Of a stretch of DNA of 42,743 nucleotides, positions 18,677 through 25,932 are shown piece after piece. The stretch spans positions 1 to 42,743 of the forward strand of contig JBHGBC010000038.1 of the NCBI GenBank assembly GCA_041946805.1. Reading direction: 5' to 3'. Position 1 is the first letter of the stretch. The number at the start of each line of letters is the position of its first letter. This DNA is from a bacterium. Lineage in GTDB: Bacteria; Hinthialibacterota; Hinthialibacteria; Hinthialibacterales; Hinthialibacteraceae. A program made the position numbers and the translations under genes. A model generated the notes under the pieces. It did not search any database and was not told where the DNA came from. It worked only from the letters and a program-made list of their open reading frames with translations.

Positions 18677-20091
18677 ACGGCTGCCTCTGAAACGCGGGGA
18701 CCGCGAGCGTTCAACGCCTTCTCCACTTCGAGCGACACCCGGCGGGCGTTGCGGATGCAGTCATTCACCGAGACGCCGTCCAGGTAATTTCCGATGCAAA
18801 ACAGTCCGGGCGTGGAGGCCATTTCCCGTTGCAGGACCTCGATGTGCTCCATGTGGCCGATGGGATACTGCGGGATGGCCCGTTCCCACCGGAATATCCG
18901 CTGAATGGCCGGTTCGCCCTCCGTTCCCACCGTCGTTTTGAGGTCGGCGCGGATTTGATTCAGCAGTTCATCGTCCTTCAAGGTATACGCGGCCGGATCG
19001 AGGCCGCCGCCGATGAAAACCGTGAAGTTCTTGTATCCTCCCGGCGCGCGGCGGATAAACAGGCTCGAACTCCAGATGCTGCCCAGAATGCGCACGCCCT
19101 GGTTGCGCGGGGCCAGAAAGCCGAATCCGTTGCATTCGTGCTTTACCGCGCCGCGCGCGTACCCCATTCCCACCACGGACAACGCGTTGTAGGGAATCGT
19201 GTGCAAATAGCCGGAGGATTGGTGCAGGATCGGCTCCAACAGCGCCGAAGCGTTGTACGCGGGCGCCGCCAATACCACCACGTCCGCCTCCACGGACCGC
19301 GCCGCCGGGCTGTCGATCACCACCCGGTAGCCGCCTTCCGGCCTGCGCTGGATCTCCACCACCGGCGAGTTCAAATTAAGGCGGTTGCCCAACTCGCGGG
19401 CCAGCGTTTGGGTCAGGACTTCCATCCCGTCCACCAGCGAGCACATGTTCTTGGCCCGCGCCGCCCCTTCCGTGGACGATTCCTTCTTTTGTTTTTTCCT
19501 GTCGCGCTTCCGGAAGATCATTCCCCGGATCAGGCTTCCGTGATTGCGTTCCAATTCGTAAAACAGGGGAAACGTGGCCCGCAGGCTCAATTGCTCCGGA
19601 TCCCCCGCGTAGACGCCGGAGATGAATGGGGTGACCATGTTGTTCAGGATTTCCTCCCCCAGCCGCCGCCGGATGAACGCGGCCAGGCTCTCATCCTCCT
19701 TCGAACGGTTCGCCTTGCGGAACATTTCCTTCAACAATCCCCGCTTCGCTTGGCCGCTGAGCAGTTCGGTCTTGAACAATCCCCCTGGTCCCATGGGGAC
19801 TTCCTGGAGCTTGCCATTCATGTAGATGAACCGGGCATTGGTCCGCATGGATTGCTTCAGGACCTCGTTTTCCAGGTTCAGGTCATGGCACAGCGCCAAT
19901 GTGTCCGGCGCGTTGTCCAGAAACGAGTTGGGGCCCTTTTCGAAGAGATATCCCTCTTCCCGGAGAGTCTCGATCACCCCGCCGGCGCGGTTATTCTTCT
20001 CGAATACCTCTACCTCGATTCCTTTTTGTTGAATCCAAAACGCGGCGGACAATCCGGATATTCCCGCACCGATGATGATTGCTTTTCCCAT
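18673..20091 (-). CDS. hemY: HemY-type FAD-dependent (proto/copro)porphyrinogen oxidase
   Basis: IIGAGISGL dinucleotide motif, FEKGPNSF, PFISGVYAGDP, GFGFL, AIPQY, GNYLDGVSVNDC. Start at ATG 20091. Confidence 0.93.
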   Translation of the reverse strand: MGKAIIIGAGISGLSAAFWIQQKGIEVEVFEKNNRAGGVIETLREEGYLFEKGPNSFLDNAPDTLALCHDLNLENEVLKQSMRTNARFIYMNGKLQEVPMGPGGLFKTELLSGQAKRGLLKEMFRKANRSKEDESLAAFIRRRLGEEILNNMVTPFISGVYAGDPEQLSLRATFPLFYELERNHGSLIRGMIFRKRDRKKQKKESSTEGAARAKNMCSLVDGMEVLTQTLARELGNRLNLNSPVVEIQRRPEGGYRVVIDSPAARSVEADVVVLAAPAYNASALLEPILHQSSGYLHTIPYNALSVVGMGYARGAVKHECNGFGFLAPRNQGVRILGSIWSSSLFIRRAPGGYKNFTVFIGGGLDPAAYTLKDDELLNQIRADLKTTVGTEGEPAIQRIFRWERAIPQYPIGHMEHIEVLQREMASTPGLFCIGNYLDGVSVNDCIRNARRVSLEVEKALNARGPRVSEAAV

Positions 20092-20300
20092 GAGGCATCC
20101 CATCTACTTTTCGAGGAGTCACCCAATCATCCACGAGGGATTTATTTCGAACCAATCCCCTGGATGGATCCTTTTTTCGTGAAATTTCCCCATTGCTTGA
20201 TCTAAGGAGTCTTGATCTATGAAGTATTGTAGGCATTTTAGCGGAAAGTGTCCGATGGGGTGATATCCATGGGGCGGGATTCGCGCGTGATTAATATTTT

Positions 20301-21716
20301 CTATAACGTCCTCGAAAATACCGGCGTCGAGGATCCCGCTTTCCGCGCGAAATTCAGGTAGGCGTCGAAGATCATGGCCACCGGGCGCACGATGATCTGC
20401 CCCAGTCCGGTCACGCGGATTTCCTCGGAGAGATCGGGATTCACCAGGCCATCCGCGATGAAAGGCTGTAGCCGGGAAAGTTCATCAGTGAAATAAGCAT
20501 GAAAATCCTCACCCCACAATTCCTGAAACCGCCGCGCCGAGACCCGCAGGTTGCACATGAGTTCCATGATCACCCAGCGCCGGATGCGGTCGTCGCGGGT
20601 CAGTTCCATGCCCCGCTCGATGGGCAGCCGTCCGGCGGCCACCGCGTCGCCGTAAGTCTTCAACTTTTTCACGTTCTGGACATAAAGGGCCGGCAGGCTG
20701 CTGATGGAGGAGGTCCCAAAGGCGTACAGGTCCGCGCCCGCCCGCGTCGTGAATCCCATGAAGTTGCGTTGCAGCGTTCCCTCCCGCTGCGCCTGGGTCA
20801 ACTCGTCCGTGGGTTTGGCGAAATGGTCCATGCCGATGTACATATAACCGTTTTGGGTGAATCCCTCGACCGCCCGCTTGAAGATGGCGAAGCGCTCTTC
20901 GGCGTTCGGCAGCCACGCATCCTGAATCCTCCGCTGATGGGGGATTTTGGCGGGCAGGTGGGCGTAATTGTACAAGGCGATGCGGTCGGGATCGATTTCG
21001 AACACGGTTTCCATCGTCCGGCTGAAGGAATCCGCCGTCTGGAACGGAAGGCCGTACACCAGGTCGATGTTGACGCTTTCGAAACCGTACTCCCGGCACA
21101 GGCGGATGAACTCGCGGGTTTCGCCGGCGCCTTGCGGGCGGTTGATGGCCTTTTGCGTCACTTCCGAAAAATCCTGCACCCCCATCGAGATGCGGTTGAA
21201 CTGATGCTCCCGCAACACCCGCAGGTGTTCCGCGTTGGTGACCCGCAGGTCCACTTCGATGGAGCGTTCGGCGGCCTCTTCGAAGGTGAAATGCTCCGCA
21301 AACCGGTCCAACAACCGCCCCAGCGAACGCGGAGTGAGTTGCGTCGGCGTCCCTCCGCCCAGGTGGAATTGGTTGACGCATCGCGTTTTCGAAATGGCGG
21401 GCGCGATCAGGTCCACCTCCTTGGAGACCAGATCCACGTAGTTGTCGGCCACATCCTCCCGCCGGGTGATGATCACGTTGCAGGCGCAATACGAACACCG
21501 CTCCTCGCAGAAGGGAACGTGGATATACAACGACAACGGCCGCGGGATTTCATCCGCGTTGGTCGCGCGGATATGCCGCCAGTATTCCGTTTCGCCCACG
21601 CCTTCCGTCCATTCGGGCGCGGTGGGATAGCTGGTGTACCGGGGGCCGCGGCCCGAGTATTTCTGGACCAGCGTCCGGTCCGCGAAAACATCGGATTTAT
21701 ATTGAACCATACTCAT
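20301..21716 (-). CDS. hemN: Oxygen-independent coproporphyrinogen III dehydrogenase (radical SAM)
   Basis: GPRYTSYPTA, YIHVPFCEERCSYC, GGGTP, YIGMDHFA, RNFMGF and C-terminal FSRTL; these are HemN rather than HemW signatures. Confidence 0.94.
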   Translation of the reverse strand: MSMVQYKSDVFADRTLVQKYSGRGPRYTSYPTAPEWTEGVGETEYWRHIRATNADEIPRPLSLYIHVPFCEERCSYCACNVIITRREDVADNYVDLVSKEVDLIAPAISKTRCVNQFHLGGGTPTQLTPRSLGRLLDRFAEHFTFEEAAERSIEVDLRVTNAEHLRVLREHQFNRISMGVQDFSEVTQKAINRPQGAGETREFIRLCREYGFESVNIDLVYGLPFQTADSFSRTMETVFEIDPDRIALYNYAHLPAKIPHQRRIQDAWLPNAEERFAIFKRAVEGFTQNGYMYIGMDHFAKPTDELTQAQREGTLQRNFMGFTTRAGADLYAFGTSSISSLPALYVQNVKKLKTYGDAVAAGRLPIERGMELTRDDRIRRWVIMELMCNLRVSARRFQELWGEDFHAYFTDELSRLQPFIADGLVNPDLSEEIRVTGLGQIIVRPVAMIFDAYLNFARKAGSSTPVFSRTL

Positions 21717-22770
21717 AGTCTTTTACCGTGTTCAGCAGGGCTTGAACGCTTTCCACCGGGGTTTGGGGCAATACCCCGTGTCCCAGGTTGAAGATATGTC
21801 CCGTTTTGCGGCCGCAATCGTCCAGCAGCTTCCGCGTCAGGCGGCTCACCACGTCCGGCGGCGCATACAAGGCCGTGGGGTCGAGATTGCCCTGCAGAAC
21901 GGTTTCGTTTCCGATCCGTCCGGATACTTCGGACAAGGGAGTCCGCCAATCCACGCTCAGCACCGCCGCGCCGGTCTGCTTCATCTCCTCCAGGAAGGGG
22001 GAGGATCCTTTGACATAGAGGATCACGGGCGTTCCCTCGCGCTGGATGGCCTCGGCCACCCGCTTCTGCCACGGCAAGGCGAAACGGCGGTACTCCGCCC
22101 GGCCGAGTTCACCCGCCCAGGTGTCGAAGATCTGCACTGCGTCCGCTCCGGCCTGGATCTGAAGCCGCAAGTACTCGATGACCGTATCCGTGACCGTTTC
22201 CAGCATACGTGTGAGCAAATCCGGCCGTGTGTATACCAGTTCCTTGATGTGCCGCAGGTTCTTGCTGGTCACGCCCTCCACCATATAGCAGGCCAGGGTG
22301 AAGGGCGATCCGGCGAATCCCAGGATGGGCGTGTGCTCGCCCACCCGGCGGCGGATCGTGGCGATGGAAGCGCACACGGGCGGGGTTTCGTCGAAAGGGC
22401 GGCGGCGCAGGGCCAGGATGTCCCGCTCGTGCCGCGGCGGGGGAGTCACTACGGGGCCCTGGTCGTTGAAATCCACCGTCAGACCCAGTTGTTCGAGGGG
22501 AATCAGGATGTCGTTGAAAACGATGATGGCGTCCACACCCAGGATTTCATACGGCTGAATGGAGACTTCGGCCGCGACCTCCGGAAGCCGGCACATTTCC
22601 AGGAAGGTGTACTGTTTTTTGACTTCCATGTATTGCGGCAGGTAGCGGCCGGCCTGGCGCATGAGCCACACCGGGGGGCGGTCCAACGGTTGCCGGGCGA
22701 TGGCGCCGAGAAAGCGGTCCTTTTCCGTAAAGGGGCGGGTGTGGGAAAGCGGCGCGCGGGAGGTCATCAT
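21697..22770 (-). CDS. hemE: Uroporphyrinogen decarboxylase
   Basis: PVWLMRQAGRYLP, GFAGSPFTLACY, QIFDTWAG, LQGNLDP, HIFNLGHG. Confidence 0.97.
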   Translation of the reverse strand: MMTSRAPLSHTRPFTEKDRFLGAIARQPLDRPPVWLMRQAGRYLPQYMEVKKQYTFLEMCRLPEVAAEVSIQPYEILGVDAIIVFNDILIPLEQLGLTVDFNDQGPVVTPPPRHERDILALRRRPFDETPPVCASIATIRRRVGEHTPILGFAGSPFTLACYMVEGVTSKNLRHIKELVYTRPDLLTRMLETVTDTVIEYLRLQIQAGADAVQIFDTWAGELGRAEYRRFALPWQKRVAEAIQREGTPVILYVKGSSPFLEEMKQTGAAVLSVDWRTPLSEVSGRIGNETVLQGNLDPTALYAPPDVVSRLTRKLLDDCGRKTGHIFNLGHGVLPQTPVESVQALLNTVKDYEYGSI

Positions 22771-24134
22771 CGTTCCGTCCGTACCAGTACTTTTTCAGGC
22801 GTCCTGTTTTTATCGGGTGTCACGCGCGCTCCGCATTCCGGGACGAATAACTCCGCCATGCATTGCGAGGCGTTCGGGCAGGTGCGGATGACCTTGTGCT
22901 TGCGCATGTTTCTCCGCGGGGCGAGGATGATGCGTTCCGCCAGACGTTTCATCCGCGCGGCGATGGCCTCTTGCTGCGCGGGCGTCAAGCCGGGCATGTC
23001 CGCCAACGCGTTCTGCAGTTCATCCTGATAGATCAAATCGGCGAAGCGGCCCAGTTCGACGGCCAACGCGTCGATATGAAACGGTAAGGGCCAGGGGCCC
23101 AGACGGTCCAATTCGTCTTCGATGATGTCGCTGGCCGTCTCGATTTGCGCCAGCCGTTGGCTTTCATTCTCCCGCGCGGCTTCCCGCAGCGAATCCAGAT
23201 CGATGAGATGGATACCCTCCAGATCCTTGATGGCCGGTTCGATATCCGCCGGCAAGGCGATATCCACAAACAATTTCTTTAACTCTTCCTTTTTAGCGGG
23301 CAGGCTGGGATTGTTTTCCAGCATCTCTTTCGTAATCAAGTAGTTCGGGGCGGCGGTGGCGCTGATCACCAGGTCCGATTCCGCGATCACCCGGTCCAGC
23401 TCGTCGAAACCGTACACCTGGCCGCCCGCTTCGTTCGCCAACTCCAGACTGCGTTCTAAACTGCGGTTGACGATCCGCAATTCCTTGACGCCCGCGGCCT
23501 TCAGGTATTTCGCCGTCAGGCCGCCCATTTTCCCCGCGCCGATCACCGTGGCCACGACCGGCATAAGAGAGCCGAAGTACTTTTCCGCCTGCTCCACCGC
23601 CAGCGCGCTGATCGACATGCGCCCCTTGCCCAGGCCGGTTTCCCGCCGGATCCGCTTCGCCACCGAGAAGGCCCGCTGGAACACCAGGTTGAATACCCGG
23701 CCGCAGGTTCCGAGTTCCCCGGCATGTAGATACGCCTGCTTCACTTGTCCCAGGATTTGGGCATCGCCGATGATCATCGATTCCAGTCCCGCGGCCAGTT
23801 TGAACAGATGTTCCACCGCCGAGGCATCGACGATGACATCCAGGCTTTCCCGCATTTCCTCCAAGGAGATGCCGGCGTGCTTGGCGATCTCGTGTACAAT
23901 GGCATGCGCGGCTCCCTTCACCGAGCGTACCGAGGCGAAGAATTCCGTCCGGTTGCAGGTGCACAAGCCCGCGATTTCCTCGATTTCGGGATGGCTGGCG
24001 GCGTGGAGCAAAAACAGGTCCAATTCATCCGGCTCGAACGAAAAATCCGGCAGTTCCTTCAACGATAAATTCTTGTGATTCAGGGTGATGACGATGAAAT
24101 GCTCCGGCGCCGCGGTCTGGGTTGAGGTGGTCAT
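22767..24134 (-). CDS. hemA: Glutamyl-tRNA reductase
   Basis: TCNRTE (catalytic Cys), HLFKLAAGLESMIIGDAQILGQVK, IGAGKMG, NRS, DIALPADIEP. Confidence 0.95.
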   Translation of the reverse strand: MTTSTQTAAPEHFIVITLNHKNLSLKELPDFSFEPDELDLFLLHAASHPEIEEIAGLCTCNRTEFFASVRSVKGAAHAIVHEIAKHAGISLEEMRESLDVIVDASAVEHLFKLAAGLESMIIGDAQILGQVKQAYLHAGELGTCGRVFNLVFQRAFSVAKRIRRETGLGKGRMSISALAVEQAEKYFGSLMPVVATVIGAGKMGGLTAKYLKAAGVKELRIVNRSLERSLELANEAGGQVYGFDELDRVIAESDLVISATAAPNYLITKEMLENNPSLPAKKEELKKLFVDIALPADIEPAIKDLEGIHLIDLDSLREAARENESQRLAQIETASDIIEDELDRLGPWPLPFHIDALAVELGRFADLIYQDELQNALADMPGLTPAQQEAIAARMKRLAERIILAPRRNMRKHKVIRTCPNASQCMAELFVPECGARVTPDKNRTPEKVLVRTER

Positions 24135-24591
24135 GGCAAGGCCAATACCTTATTGGATCATTTATAGCTATATTGGTACTAATCAATGATATGCATGTGC
24201 AGATATGCAAGAATCGTTCTCAAATCGCGCACCAGGGGCAATCCGGGGATTGGTCGATATCAACCTATTGATTTAACTTGACTTGATCGATAACAGGATT
24301 CGGCTGGATTCCCATTGGAATCCCGGTTCGCCTGCAACAATGCCGCACTTATACCATCCTGAAGGTGCGGCATTTTTGTCGGCTGGAGAAAGTAGATCAA
24401 TTTCATAAAAATAGTATAATTATATGCTTGACCAACGTTAGGGTGGATTGGCAGCGATACTGGTTCCCTGATTGCCGGGAACCATGCGAGAGGATCACGA
24501 TCCTTGGCTTCCCCGGCATTTGGATGGGATCACGTTGCGCCACGGATTCTTGCCCATATAATGAAGAGTACTCATTGAAAAGGAACATGCC

Positions 24592-25266
24592 ATGGCCGAG
24601 GCTTTATTCCAAAGCATTCCCGTTCAGCCCTTGAAAAAAGGAATCTCCGTCCACGTCAACCGCCGGCAGTTGGCCGCCCTCGGCTGGCGAAGATCGTTTA
24701 CCGTGTTGTGGGCCATCGTCCAGGGGATGGGATTGACCCTGCGGCACTTGTTCCGCAAGCCGGTCACCTTCAACTATCCCAACCAGAAACGCCCGCAATC
24801 ACCGCGCTTCCGGGGCATCCACCGGTTGCAACGGCATGAAGACGGCCTGGAACGGTGCGTGGGATGCGGCCTGTGCGGGGTGGTCTGCCCCTCCAACGCC
24901 ATCTACCTGGAGGCGGCCGAAAACACCCCCGAACACCGCGTATCCCATGGCGAACGCTACGCTTCGATTTACCAGATCGATATGCTCCGGTGTATTTTCT
25001 GCGGGTTCTGTGAGGAAGCCTGCCCCGAGGACGCCGTGATCCTCGGCCCGAACTGGGAAGCGGCCAGCACCGGCCGCGGAGATTTCATTTACGACAAGCA
25101 ACGCCTGCTGGTCCCTTTGGAACTGAAGGACGATTTCCGCCCCGGCATGACCTGGCCCGAACGGCCGGTGGAAACCGTCCCCACCTCCACCGGCCTGCCG
25201 GAATTTTACCAGCGGAAATGGCTGACAGATAACTCGAGGAATGAAAAGCAGCGGGTGAAGGGGTGA
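24592..25266 (+). CDS. nuoI: NADH-quinone oxidoreductase subunit I (2x[4Fe-4S]), standing alone
   Basis: GMGLTLRHLF..PVT..YP, RFRGIHRL, CVGCGLCGVVCP, IDMLRCIFCGFCEEACPEDA. Confidence 0.92.
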   Translation: MAEALFQSIPVQPLKKGISVHVNRRQLAALGWRRSFTVLWAIVQGMGLTLRHLFRKPVTFNYPNQKRPQSPRFRGIHRLQRHEDGLERCVGCGLCGVVCPSNAIYLEAAENTPEHRVSHGERYASIYQIDMLRCIFCGFCEEACPEDAVILGPNWEAASTGRGDFIYDKQRLLVPLELKDDFRPGMTWPERPVETVPTSTGLPEFYQRKWLTDNSRNEKQRVKG

Positions 25267-25414
25267 CGGCATCCCCTGGATAGCCTTCCTTCCGCATGAT
25301 CCTGCAAAGCGCGGCCCGAACCGAATCCATACGCCATTCCCGATCTTCCGGAATTGATCCCCTCTCCCGCCGAAAGCCCACAAATATTTTACATGCAATA
25401 TATTTTCATTTGTA

Positions 25415-25444
25415 TTGACGATGCTGGGACATCATGGTTAGACT
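25415..25444 (+). promoter_or_regulatory. Putative sigma70 promoter upstream of the XRE remnant
   Basis: TTGACG-N18-TAGACT with AT-rich DNA upstream; palindrome TTTAGA-G-TCTAAA at 25473-25485 downstream. Confidence 0.45.
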
Positions 25445-25632
25445 TGAATTTGAAGAAAGGAACCGAAAAAGGTTTAGAGTCTAAATATTCATGCGGTTCC
25501 GCCGGGTAATTCAATCCGCCCGGGTTGCCTGGACTTCATATGGACAAGGAGTGGAGGAAGAATATCTGGGGAAGATTGGAAATTAATAGATTTCAGCTTC
25601 CCAATTCACGATTATGAATTGGTGCGATCAAG

Positions 25633-25911
25633 ATGCCAGCTGTCAATCCTAAAATTCTGACATGGGCACGGGAGACGGCGGGATTATCCCTCGAGCAAGC
25701 AGCCAAGGCCTTAGGCTTGCACGATGCGTATGGAAAGCCCGGACCGGAACGGCTGGCAGATCTGGAGTCAGGTGAGGCAAAGCCCTCCCGGCCGCTGTTA
25801 GCCAAAATGGCTGAAAGAATCCCGGATGTATGCCAAAGTCTGGGTGTGCGTTGTTGTGATCCCTTTTCCATGTATCGTGTTTTAGGATTCAGTACAAGAT
25901 GGCGCCCATAG
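25633..25911 (+). pseudogene. Chimeric remnant: N-terminal XRE HTH of an XRE-ImmA/IrrE protein fused in frame to the C-terminus of a DUF4411 (PIN-like) protein
   Basis: aa 1-61 (VNPKILTWARETAGLSLEQAAKALG...LESGEAKPSRPLLAKMAE) match the usual N-terminus of XRE-ImmA proteins. aa 62-92 (RIPDVCQSLGVRCCDPFSMYRVLGFSTRW) match the usual DUF4411 C-terminus. Both matches are by recognition, not by search. Confidence 0.75.
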
Positions 25912-25932
25912 AACTGAATCCCTCATTTCCCC

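Noticed and set aside
24283..24296. Canonical FNR box upstream of hemA
   Set aside because: TTGAT-CGAT-AACAG has two mismatches in the right arm, too weak to call; noted only under the half-site finding.
24449..24542. tRNA gene (cloverleaf-like, ends GCCA)
   Set aside because: No TTCRA T-loop, no D-loop GG in position and no 7-nt anticodon loop; kept only as a possible leader structure.
25520..25545. tRNA-Sec fragment or att site (CTGGACTTCA)
   Set aside because: Only about 10 nt resemble the anticodon arm; there is no pairing 3' strand, T-loop or acceptor stem.
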